A stretch of DNA of 64,000 nt, taken from positions 1,240,001-1,304,000 of the forward strand of contig MCFH01000006.1 of NCBI GenBank assembly GCA_002104945.1, read 5' to 3'. Origin of the DNA: Piromyces finnis finn. Lineage: Eukaryota; Fungi; Neocallimastigomycota. A program made the position numbers and the translations under genes. Under the pieces are notes generated by a model that did not search any database, was not told the DNA's origin, and worked only from the letters and a program-made list of their open reading frames with translations. Of the stretch, positions 27,773 through 41,220 are shown piece after piece; the first letter of the stretch is position 1, and each line of letters opens with the position of its first letter.

Positions 27773-30556
27773 ATGAATGTAAACATAGCTTATATATTTT
27801 ATTTATTGGTTTTAATAACATTATTTAATCTTTGTGCTTCGAAGAAAAGTGGTTTATATCAGAATCAAAGTCAAAACCAAGTCGATTCAGATAGTGAAGG
27901 CGAATACAATAATAACAATAATAATGAGGAATATATTGCACAACAAAACAATGAAAAGAAAAGTGCACTATATGGAAACCAACAACAATATCAAGAAGTA
28001 GACGATAGTACAACTTATGAAGATAATAACGCAAATGTTCAAGATTCAATTGATAATAATGAAGAATTAAAAACCCGTCATCAATTTAAATACTCATTTA
28101 AAAAACCATATTATTATTACAATGATACAAATATTATACCAAATTGGAAAATTAAAGGAGGTATAGCATAATTGTATTTGGATATTATTTTATAAATATA
28201 TAAAAATTTTATATAATTATTATATATGTTAATTTTGATAATGATATGATATTATCAATAATTAATTATCTTATTTAATATCCTTAAAGATGTTATTCCT
28301 GCAAATGATATGATTCGTCTTGTTCCATCTGTACCAAATAAAAGAGGTAAATTTACTTAAAAAAAACCATCAATATAAGCAAAATAATAATAGCATGTCT
28401 TTTGGAATAAAATGTAATATCAGGTTCAATTTGGGGTGATTTACAAAATCAATTCAAGTAAATATATGTAATTTATTTTCTAATAAATAAAATAAAATAT
28501 TTGAATAACACGATATATAAAATATTTTTTTCTAAATAAATAATAATAATAATAATAATGATAATAAAAAGTGATTGGCAAATTGTTCTTTCATTTAGAA
28601 TTTTCGGTAGAAGCCTTTCCGGTTCAGAAGTAAGAATAGTAAAAAAAAAAATAATATGTATAGTAAACATTATTTTTAATATTATCTATATATTTAAAAA
28701 GGGTATGGCCTTATTCTATACAGATAAGCAATTAAATGTTGATTCATTCTACGGTGGAGAACACAAATTTAATGGTTTAGCCATTATTTTTGATTCTACA
28801 AATAAAGATCTTAATGTAATATACTTTTAAGCATATTTAATCTAAAATTTATTCAATTCCAAATTATTTTTCAAAATTAAATTATAATCACTAATCACTA
28901 ATTCATTATGTATATTTATCATTAATATAAACACCCTGTAATTATATAATAATATCTTAACTACATAATCACAATAATAAATAGTCAAACATTCCTACTA
29001 TTAATGTATTATATAATGATGGAAATACTGTTATTCAAAGTCAAAAGGAATATAATGATATTAGAAAAAGTTTATGTGTAGCAGATTTTAGGTATTATTA
29101 ATATAATTTAAATAATCGAAAAAAAGTATATATAAAAACTAAAAACATTATTATATTTTATATAAAAAAAGAAATTCACCTCTTCCAGTCTTTGTTAGAA
29201 TTACCTATTTAAATAAATATTTAAAGGTTGAAGTTGATTTAAGTCATGAAGGTAATGAATATTATGAATGCACCAATGAGAAAATTGAATTACCAAATGA
29301 GTAAGTTATTTTTTTTTTACTTTTATTATTATTATATTTATTTATAAATATATTTAAAATAAAACAATATAATAAATATATATTAATTTAATTTAAAATA
29401 AATAGCTACTACTTTGGTCTCGGTGCCAAAACTGGAGATGGTGTTCCAGATGATCATGATATTTTAAGTTTTGATTTTTATCAATTAAACCCACCACCAA
29501 AAGAGAATTATAAATATAGACCAAAAGAGGAAGAAATTATTGAGCGTGAAGGAGAATATCATATTGATGATGAAACTTTAGAAGTATATATAATAGATGC
29601 TATATAGATTTATCACTACTCCTATAATATATTAACATATTATAATATATTAATATATTTAACAATTGTAGCATATTAAAAGAGTTAATGAACAACTTGT
29701 TAAAGAAAAAATATCAAAGGAAGGACCAAAGGAAAAAGTTGTTGATGTATGTATTATAACTGATTTTTCATTCGTAGGATAAAAAAATTAATTAACAAAT
29801 AAATAATAATTAATTAAGAATATTACTATTTAATAATTTAATAATTTAATTTATTTGTATTTATTATATAATATTTAGGCCCAAACTGTTCAATTAACCC
29901 AATTTAGAACTCTTGAAACTGTTAATAGAATACTTTCACTTATACAATCCCAAAAATATTCACGTGAAACTTCAAACCAAAATGAATATATTGATGATTT
30001 GAACAATAAATCAGAACAATTAATTTCAGATATTAATGTAGTCTATGAAACTCTTGAAACTCTCAAAAATAGTGTTGAAACTTTAAATGATTCTGTTGAA
30101 AGAAATTCTCAAAAAAATGATTATAAAATCAATTCGGTTGAAGTAAGTTTAAAATTACGCAATTAATATTTACTATTTATTAAAAATTCTATGATATATA
30201 TTTACTAATTTTAATATAAATATTAAATAAAGTCAAAATTAAATCAAAAATTATCATCTGAATTCAATAAAGTATTAAATGAATTGAGAAATGTTAAAGA
30301 AGAAAACAGAAAATTAAAAGAAACTACTCAAAATCTAACTAAAGAAACTAAAAATCAACCAAACGTTTGGCTTGTAAGTTATATTCAAAATAAAAGAACT
30401 ATTTTATATTTCTTTATTAATTTTATTACCCATAAAAAATATCAATAGGTTGTTATTGTTTCATTCTTTTTAAATATGATTGGGTTATATATAATCGTTC
30501 GTGTTTTACCATCATCTAATGGAAATATTGACTTATTCAAAACTCATAATTATTAG
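27773..30556 (+). CDS. L-type lectin cargo receptor (ERGIC-53/Emp47-like): signal peptide, lectin domain, coiled-coil stalk, C-terminal TM helix; multi-exon
   Basis: Hydrophobic N-terminal signal; FKYSFKKPY; IRLVPSVPNKRGSIW; WQIVLSFRIFG; GMALFYT; FNGLAIIFDS; GDGVPDDHDILSF; heptad stalk; TM segment VVIVSFFLNMIGLYIIV; tail ...DLFKTHNY*. Confidence 0.85.
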
Positions 30557-30828
30557 TCATTGCAAATAAAATATAAAAAGAAAAACAGTAATTTATAAAA
30601 AATTAGAAATAAAAAATGATAAATCTATCAAAAATAATAAGAATAATAAGCTAAATAATGCAATTGATTTGCTATTATTTAATAATATTTTTAAAGAATA
30701 ATAAATATATATATAATAAAGATCTATATTACAAAAGAGCATGTATTTAAAATAAAAAATAAAAATCTAATTTTAGTATTAATAAAAAAATTATCTGAAT
30801 ATTAATTTAATTATTTAATTAATTAATT

Positions 30829-31130
<302 letters not shown>

Positions 31131-31303
31131 CATTAGAAGATTAAATTTCTATTTGTAGTAATGTTATAATAATTTTTACCATATTTAATATATAATGACA
31201 AGTTAAATTTCAAAATTTCATTTAATTTTAAAAGGAAATTTTATTTTATCATTTAAAAAACATAAATAGAAATTAATAAAATAAATAAAAATGAATTGAG
31301 AAA

Positions 31304-33138
31304 ATGGAAGCGGAGTACCAACAAACTGTTGAACAATTAAATCAATTAAAAGAAATTATAAATTTAGATCCTACAAATCAAGAAATCATTTCACTCTACA
31401 ATGACTTGACAAAATTAAAAGAATTGCAAGAAGCAAGTTTATTAGAAGAAAAAAAGAAAAAGCTCTTAAACATTGTAGATGATATTTCAAATTATTCTAA
31501 ATATCCTATCCAGGAAACAGATACATTTAGTGATAATAATGTAAATTCTACAACTGTAACTACCACTTCAAATTCCACTACTAATAATGAATCTTCCACC
31601 GAACTTTTTAATAAGTATATATTAAATGCAGAAAATCTAAAAGAAGGATTAAAATGCTGCATTCCTCTGGAAAATGAAGGACATATATTTTTTTTACCGG
31701 GTATGATAACAGAAATGTCTAGTGAAAATGATACCTGTAAAGTTTTGTTAATCACACCTCTAAATGAAAACTTAATTCCTTGTAAAAAATATAATTGTAA
31801 TATGAATTGTAATCATTCCCACGGTATTGAAATTAATAAAAGTTTGGTTTTATCTCATAATATTTTAGATACCTCAACAATTACTGAAAGAGGTATATGT
31901 TTTGCAAAATATGAAGACTCTATTTGGTATTTGGCAAGAATTATTAAAATAATTGAAAATAATGATACAAAGCAAATAAAAAAATTTATAGTGAAATATA
32001 AAGGATATGATGGATATGAAGAAGTTACACCAAACCATATTATACCTGTATGCGGAATGGATATAGAAAATATTGAAAATGAATGGCCTGATTCAGAAGA
32101 TTATTCTACAGATACCGATTCTGATACTGATTCTGATTCTTCAATTATATATTCTTCAGATATTGACACTATAGATATAAGTTCATCAAGTAATAACAAT
32201 ATTAGTATTTCTGATACTCTAGAAATAATAAATAAAAGCGCTTTTGGCGAATGGGTATATTATTCCTTGACTATAATATATAAATTTATATATTGTATAC
32301 TTTAGATATAAGAATGTTGTTTCTTTTTTAATAAAATGGTGTTATATAATATATATATATATATAGGAAAAACATACCAAAGGAATTGGATCACTTTTAA
32401 TGAAAAAGATGGGATATGAAGAAGTAGGTTTTCTTATACATGATATACTAAAAATCTTTTTAAATTTTTAATACAAATATTAAATATATAATACTGTAAA
32501 TATTATACAAATAGGGAAAGGGTTTAGGTCTCGATGGTGAAGGTATTGTGAATCCTATAGAAATTGTGATACAGCCACCAGGAAAAGGTTTAGATTTTGA
32601 AACAGATGAAATAGAAGAATTAGTTATAAAGAGAAAACAAGAACAGGAAAAAAGAAAACTAAATAAACTAAAGAAAAGACAAAAAAAAAGAAAATTGAAT
32701 AGTATGGAAAGCATTGATTCTGATGTTTTTGATTTCCTTAATATCAATATTAATAAAAAAGCTAAAGGTAGACTTTATACAATTGAATCTAACAAAAATG
32801 AAAACCAACAAAATGAAAATAATCATGATAGTAGTAATATTACTAAAGAAAATTCTTTAAAACGCCGAAAATCAGGAATTGATAGTAAAAAAAGTAAAAA
32901 AGAGAATAATATGAAATTACTTCAAGTACAAAAACATATTCATGATTTAAATCAGCAAATTGAAAAAGCTAAAGAACGTTATGAAAGAAATAAAATTAGG
33001 GATAAAATGGTGGCACAACAGTACAAAACAAAAATTGAAGAATTTAAAAAAATATTATATACATTAGAATTAAAAGAACGTCAAATTAAAAACTCTATAT
33101 CTGATTCTAAAAAGCTCTTTTCAAAATTTGAATTTTAA
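31304..33138 (+). CDS. ZGPAT: ZGPAT-like protein (CCCH zinc finger, Tudor-like domain, G-patch); 3 exons
   Basis: N-terminal MEAEYQQTVEQLNQLKEIINLDP; PCKKYNCNMNCNHSHG; Tudor-like CFAKYEDSIWYLARI; spliced G-patch [35 protein letters not shown]...GKGLD; basic coiled-coil C-terminus. Confidence 0.85.
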
Positions 33139-33487
33139 AATGAATAGTGTAATAATATAATATCAATATTAATAAGAAAAGAAAAATTGAAAATTTTAAA
33201 TGTTTATACTATGTATTCTCAAAATTCTATTATGACCTATTACTTGTAATTTAATTACATTTCTCCAAAATCTTAGTACATGTATATTTGATAAAGTTTT
33301 TATTTAATTGTTTAGTTTTTAATTTTTATTTTTTATAATAAATTAAATATTATAATATAATATAATATTTATAATATATTAATAAAAAAAAAATTATCGG
33401 GTATTTATATTTATAAGTAGATAATGATAATGTTTTTTTTTTTTTTCATTTAAAAATATATATAATTTTATAAATTATTTTTATATT

Positions 33488-34766
33488 TTACTCAGGTTCA
33501 TATTTAATAAACTCTATTGATTCTATTTTTTGGCGATCCCATGGACATTTATTTGATACTAGTGTTAAATGTTTTGCACAATTTTCACATAATTTATGAC
33601 CACATGGAATTATTACTAATATTAGTTAAAAATAAAAATTAATTATTTTTCCTAATAAGGTAAATATTATTTTTGTTGTTAACTGTTATATAATTTACCT
33701 TGACATTCCATAGAATCAAAACAAAGTTGACATTCCTTTGGCTTTTCTAATATTTATAAAAATTAATTAATACATAATTTAATGATATAAAATTATTATT
33801 CTACTTATTCTTAATATATATACGATTCTTACCTTTTTTAGTATTCTATTTTAAAGTTGATTTTAATAGTGTTAAAATGTATATATAATAAAAATAATAA
33901 ATTATATAAATATTAATATAATATAATAATAGTATTTTAGAAAATTAATAAACATACATCAGTACTATTGTATTCTTCTTTTAACTTTATTAATTGTTCT
34001 TCATATAACTCATTAATTCGCTTAATAAGAATATCCTTTGATTCCTTCATAATTTTTACTTTTGCTCTAAATAGATTATCAATTAGTTCAATATTAACAT
34101 TATCTTTTATTTTATCACAATCATTAGTTGTAGAAGAAGAAATAATTGAAGTTTTGGATCCTTCTTGATTTTTGCTAATTAATGAGAAATTACTATAATA
34201 CATTTCAATTTTATCCAATATATCATTCATAGTAACAATTGAATGTTTTCTTAATGCTAAAGGGGATAGTGATGGTGTATATGGGCTTGCAGTTCTAACG
34301 CATTTAGAGAAAAAATAATATTTAATAATAGTTGTATAAATTATAAAATATGTATATTCTTACTTTTTTCTTGATGAAGTTGTTATTAAATCATTTACTC
34401 TGTTTATAATAATAATGATGATTATAATGATACAATGTATATCAAAGTTAATTAATATCTGGTATTAAAAATATTTAAATTAATTATAATTATAAATATA
34501 TTTTACCTTTCATTTAATATTAACTGGTTATTAACAGAATATGTTAATTTTTTATTTTTTTTGGATGAAACTATTGAAAGATTTATATCATTTCTCTGTT
34601 CACTATTTTGATCATTATGGGTATCATTATTATTATTTATTTTTTCATTTTCTTCTTTAATTTTACCTTTAATTAATTCGATGCATTCATTAGATTCTTT
34701 TAAATTTCCTGATGTATTGTTAAATATTTTTTTTATATAAGAAAAAGAGTACAATTATACAATTAC

Positions 34767-34814
<48 letters not shown>

Positions 34815-36818
34815 AATACCTTTTGGGAATGAAAATTGAAGAAATATAGTTTCTGATAGTATTACTAAGATTAATATATTATCATCTAATGTTTTTTTAT
34901 GAATATCAGACAGTTTTTTATATGGAAAATGTAATATAACATGCTTCATGTAAATATTATTATTTGAATTTTCCATTTTTGATTCAAAAAAGATGAAATT
35001 CTCATTTTGATTTTTCATTTTTAAAATGTTTCCTTCAAATCTTAAATTATTAGGATATATTATTAATTTTCCGACTCCTAAATTAATCTATTTTTATTTT
35101 ATATATTATTAAAATTGATTATATTGATTATTATTGCATTTAACATATAGTTGTTCTTAATTATTTATAAAAGATACTATTCAATTTTACATAATTATAA
35201 GATATAACAATATTATTATATGTTGGATATTCATTTTCTTTTCCATCAATTTCTTCATTAATAGTATCATGGTATTCCCACTTTAATAATAATTGTATAA
35301 GTTTTATTGTAGTTTGTTCATTAGTTATAATCTCATCTAATGGTAATTTTTCTTTAGATTTTTTCTAATTATCAATTATAATAAATTATAAAATTGTAAT
35401 AAATTATTAATTAACAATCATTTATGTTAATTTTATATTTATAAAATTTACATATTCTGATGATGATATCGAGAAATCATAATTCTCTAAAGAAAATGGA
35501 TCATCTTCATCAGTATTTGATTCATGATCTGAAGAAAAGAAATTAAATTCTTCACCATTGTTGTTTTCTTCTTCTTCCTCTTCTTCTTTTTCTTTACCAT
35601 AATGAATATTCAATAAATATTTCTTTTCTTCTGAATTATACTTTGATTTATTATAATAGGGTGAACTACTTAGATCTGAAAATAAATTAAAAGCATCATC
35701 ATTATTAGGTTCTATTGAAATAGGCTTAAATAATGAAATTGAAGAAGAAACTATATCTTTTGTATCATAATTATTGTCTTCTGTTAAATATTCTGATTTA
35801 GAATATTCAAGGCATGAATTCGATCGATGATAATTAAAATCATCATTATTTGAACGACCATCTAAAAATTTACCCTGCTTAGATTTTTGCTGATGCGTAT
35901 CTTCCTTTTTCTTTATAGCTAATGGAGATAAAAATTGAAGTCTTGACTTAAAATCAAATTTAAATTCATTACTATATTTAGTTTTTTTATCAAATAATAA
36001 TTATACCAATTATCATAATATATAAATATTATTTTAAGTATATACAATATATTATTATTTTCAAATATTTTAAATTTTAAAAATCAATTCAAAAATCTTA
36101 ATAGAACATAGTTTATATATATATATATATATATATTAATATATAAATTTAATAAATAATTTATAATTTACCTGACATTATTTGGTCTGGAGTTAGTTAA
36201 ACAATTTAATTTAATGGGTTGGTTAATTGAATTGCTAATTCTTTTTTCCAATTCCAATAATTTATAACATTTTTCTATTTCTTCATAATCAACTTAATAT
36301 TAACATTAATAAATACAAATTTCGGATTTATATTAATAATTTTAATATTAAAAAATAAAAAATAAAAAGCATATAATAATTTGAGCATATAATAAATTAT
36401 CAATTTAAAATTATAAATTACTTGTTTTAAAAGAAAATTCCAATAATATATTTCTTGATAATATTATACTAACTTTAGAAGAATATGATTTTTCTATATT
36501 AAATTGTTCATATGGAAATTTATATTTTAAATCTCTTTCATCTTCCCATTGAATATAACCATTAAAAAAATTTAATTGACCTAAACCTATTAAAACCTAC
36601 ATCAAGAAAGAAAAATTAATTTTGCATTATAAAATATTTTTGATAAAATTTTTCAATTAAATAATATTATATATTTGAAATTTTTATGTTTCTTAATCTA
36701 CCTTATTACATATTAATGAAACATTTTTATATTGATGATCTGATATATATTCTTCATTTGATTCACTCTTATTAATACTCCATTGTGAAATAAGATCCTT
36801 TGCTGAATTAAGTTTTAG
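33488..36818 (-). CDS. Uncharacterised multi-exon protein with two PH/GRAM-like repeats, low-complexity linkers, a coiled coil and a C-terminal RING finger; 5' end unresolved (upstream of 36818)
   Basis: Last two exons give CQLCFDSMECQVIIPCGHKLCENCAKHLTLVSNKCPWDR (RING). Most upstream exons join in consistent phase; a few central junctions were only partly checked. I could not find a stop-free first exon. Confidence 0.7.
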
Positions 36819-38451
36819 CTTTTTATATATTAATATATAGTAATGTGTGTAATAATAATAAAAATTATAATACTTAGTTTCAAAAATCTAACATTTTCTA
36901 ATATATAACTAAACAAATAGTAATAATAACATTAAGTTTTTACTATTTTTAAATGTGAAATGTCTTTCAGGTTTTTCATTGAATTCTTTTAATTATATTC
37001 TTGTAAATTGTAACTTTAAAAAAAAAAATTAAATATACCAATTGAATAATATAATTAGCAATATTAACAAATTTCCTTTGAAATATTATATTCATTTTAC
37101 TTTTAAACTTTAATTTTAATTTATATTGTGGATTAAATTAAATTTTATATATAAATTAATTAAAAAAACAATTTTATTTTTTTAAAAAAATAAATTATAG
37201 TTAAAAAAATACAGAAAAAAAATGCTGGTAATAAAATTGGTTTATTTAAAAAATTATTTTACATCATATAATTAAAAAAAAAAAAACTTGAATTAAAATA
37301 TTACCCTTCAAGATAATTTTTATTATAGATTATAGATCACAACAATTACATAGTTCTAAATCACCCTACTGTATAAACATTTTATATTTACTAAATAGTT
37401 AACTTCAATACACGAAAAAATTCAATGCAAAAATTAATATAATTAAAGATTATTAAAAAGGAAAGAATTAAAATTAAAAATATTAAAATTATTTTGATTA
37501 TAGAAGTATTTTATTTTATTTATAATAGAAATGGAAACAAAATCAAGAAATTAAACATTACTCGATGATAAATCAAAATACAGTTTATTCATGACTTAAT
37601 AATAATAAATGCTATTTTCTTACTTGTTGTGACTCCAATTATATTTTCTGTTTGATATATATATTTTCTATATCATACATATAATAATTTAAATTTACAT
37701 TAGAATATAACATGTTTTATCATTAAAAAGTTTAAAACTTAATAAGCATTTATAAAATAAGTAAAAGTTTATCAAGAATATTCCATTATATTATTATCAC
37801 GTATAAAGAAAATAAAAAGGTATCCAACTTTTTAACTATACTATATTTTAACTATTTTTTTAATTATGATAAATATGATTGATTGAATAGTATTTTGGTT
37901 TAATTAAATTAGTATTCTTATTCTTTCATTTTTATTATTCTCTGAAAACCTTTCGTTTTTCTATGGTTTTTATAAAATTATCTGTAATTATACTAAATGG
38001 TTTATTCTATTAACAAATTCTATTAGAAAATTTTTTTTTTTTTTTTTTTGGAAACAAATTATTAATCGCTCATAAATTTAAGTAAGATATAAAATATATT
38101 TTAGAACAATATATAATAAAAAATTTTTCGATTATATTTTTTTTATTTCATTTCATTTTGTTTTATTTTATTTTTCTCTTCATTGTTTTTATGAATTTAA
38201 TTATTTATTTTATTCAATAGATTAAAATAATACTTTGTTTGTATAAATTAATAAATAATAATGTAATAATAAATATTTATAAAAATCTTAATGCATAAAT
38301 ATATTATTTTATATTCTAATATTCTAAATTTATATAAAAAAGAATTTAAAAGATAAGCTTTTAATAGTTTCTAATTATATTAAATATGAGAAATTATTAT
38401 ATTATTTTTTTTTTTTTTTTTTTTCTATTTTAATTGAATATAGGAAAAAAT

Positions 38452-40376
38452 CTAATCCAATTCATCAACAACTTCTTCTTCCTTTTCAAGATGTTTAGTT
38501 TTAACGTATTCAGAGTGTTTGGAAATATCTTCATTTTCATTTGGGTCTTCTGGTCTCATAGTCATATTAACATATTTCAATGATAATTCATGAACACGTT
38601 CATCAGTTTCTTGAAGATCCATCTATATTGTAATAATTATTATAATTATAAAAATAACAATAATAATAATAATAATATAAAAAGCCATTAATATTAGTTT
38701 TATTTATTTTATTTTAAAAATTTTGTTTTTGCATAATTATATTTATTATAATTAAAATAAAAACTAACTTCACGGATAATTGGGTATACTGAATGATTTC
38801 TTAAATATTCTCTACCAAATTTAGTAGTAGCAAGTAGAATTAAAGATTCAATTAATAATTCTCTCATGTAACTGTCAGGTTCACGTTTTTTAGTTGGTTC
38901 TAATAATTGAAGCTTATTTTATTAAAGTAAATAAAATATAAAATTTTTTTATTTTAAATTAAGTAAAAAAAAAACTTTTATATTATGGGGGAAAAAATTA
39001 TTAAAATTATATTTACTTCATCTGGTAATGCTTCCATTTCTTCATCATTAAAGTCTTCTGGACCAGCAAGAGGTAACAAAATTCTTGGTAAAAGGTTAAG
39101 ACCATCTGGATTTAACATATTTTCATGAGCTTCAATATTAAAGCAACAATTCCTATATATAAAAAATAATATATAAATGTTTTTAATAATTAATTCTAAT
39201 AACATTTTTAATAAAGGATTTTTAACAACTAATTTTAATTCATACTTAATTGTTGAAATTACACCACCACGACGTAATAAACTTGGATGTTCAGTAAAGC
39301 AAATAATATTACCTAAAAGGCAATTATATTCTGAATCTTCAACATTTCTAAGGAAGTGCTTACGACCTTGAGGTAACTTTTTAATTTTAAAAATATATTA
39401 TTTAACATTATATGATATTTTAGTACTGATATCATATTATTATTATATATATATATAATTTATTTTTAAATATACCTTAGTAATATTGGCGAAAACACCA
39501 CTAAGATGGTCATAGTTAGCAAACTTATTAACTTTATTACTTTCACCTCTAACAAAGATATCAACTAATTTTCCAATAGTAGTAAATTCAGTTCGTAATT
39601 TAGTGTTATCATCTAAATCAGCTCTTGGTAAAAGTTTATCAGCAACAACTTCTGATTTTGATAAATTAGATAACAACATGCAAGCAATGTCAGAATTTGG
39701 AGATTCGGTATTCTAAAAATTATTGTAATTGATGTTTATTTTCAATAAAGAAAAGTTTTATTAATGTTTTAATTCTTAAGATTCCTGTTCAAAGATTATA
39801 AATTTGTTTAAAATGCTTACTAAAACAATCTTAATAACATCAGCTAAAAATCTTTCATCAGTCATTTGTTCAGCAATTTCAATTTTACTTGAAAGATTAA
39901 TTAATGAAGATAAAGCAGATTGAGCAATTAACTATTTATTTCATAATATACAAATTTAATTGATATACATATATATATATATTTGTATATATTATATATT
40001 TATATTGTTTTAGTATAAAATATATAGGCTTAATAGTAAAAATGGAGAAAATCCTGATTTAATTTTATATCAATATTTACAGGAGTATCATTGACTAATA
40101 ATTTAAGACTTTTTATAGCTTTCTTATCTTCTGCTAAAAATAATGGAACATATTCTGGAGTATTACTAAAAGTTAAAACTTGCTCAACAGCAATTCTTCT
40201 AACTTCTGGTTTTAAATCTACTAAAAAATCGAAAAGCTAAATTATCAATTTTTTAACAATAATAAATTATGTAGTGGTTGTAATAAAAGTAAGTAGAAAT
40301 TTCATTTAACTAATTCAGTTAAAATTAATGCATAATTTATCATTATATATATATTTACTTCACTAATTGCTTCCAT
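38452..40376 (-). CDS. HGH1: Hgh1/FAM203 ARM-repeat eEF2 chaperone, multi-exon
   Basis: CMLLSNLSK, FANYDHLSGVFANIT, LRRGGVISTIRNCCF, LLPRILLPLAGPE, KREPDSYMRELLIESLILLATTKFGREYLR and VYPIIRE are characteristic of the family. Confidence 0.92.
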
Positions 40377-41009
40377 TTCTATTAATATTATTTATATTAG
40401 ATAATTTTTCTTTTAAAAAAGAAAAGTTTTATTTTTGGCTGTAAATTATTTTTTTAAATTTATTTTATAATAAAAATCTTTTAAAATTTAAAGTTTACAA
40501 AATATATATATCAAATAAAACGAATTCTATTTGGTAAAAATATATTTAATACAGAATTTTTTTTTAATTTTTTCCACAAATAATAATGATTAAAATTATA
40601 TTAAATAATTTGATGATAGTACAAAAATGTAAATTTGTTTAATATATATAATACATAAAAAAATTAGAAAAAAGACGAGATGAGTGAAAAAATATAGAAA
40701 TAATTTATTATGTCTGTTATTTATAACTACATTAAATTATAGTTTCTATTCTCATTATTATTTATCTATCAAATTTATTTTTAATAAATTATCAATAATA
40801 AAAAATAAAAACAATTAGATTTATCTTTTAAAACTAAATTTATTATAAAATAAATTTTAAAAGATTATAAAAATTAATTTAATAGTATATCATTAATACA
40901 CCACTATTAAAACCCTCTTCCTATATTTACTTAAATTTATTTTTATCATGTTGATGAATATAATTGAATAAACAAATCAGAATCTAATAATATTGAGTTG
41001 TCTCGAATA

Positions 41010-41019
41010 TGATTGGTTA
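41010..41019 (-). promoter_or_regulatory. CCAAT-box-like motif TAACCAATCA in the HGH1/dsRBD divergent intergenic region
   Basis: tgattggtta on + equals TAACCAATCA on -. The same 10-mer occurs at 48188-48197 in another divergent region. Confidence 0.35.
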
Positions 41020-41220
41020 TTATTAATTAACACTATATAAAAGTAAATTCTATCTGAAATTTTTATTCATCATTCGTTTTCTAAAAGTTAAGTATATATA
41101 CCTATAAGATTTAACTTTTTAGAAAATAAATAAATTAATAATTAAATGCATAATTTTTTATTAATAAAAATTAATGTTATAAATTATTAATTAAAAGATA
41201 AATATTAAATAAATTAATAT

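Noticed and set aside
28277-28289. ATATCCTTAAAG resembling U12-type splice signals
   Set aside because: It sits at the acceptor of an ordinary GT-AG intron whose donor (GTATAG) is not U12-type.
37017-37095. Possible first exon of the RING gene (MNIIFQRKFVNIANYIIQL)
   Set aside because: It would need an intron of about 25 nt and still runs into stops in all frames, so the 5' end is left unresolved.
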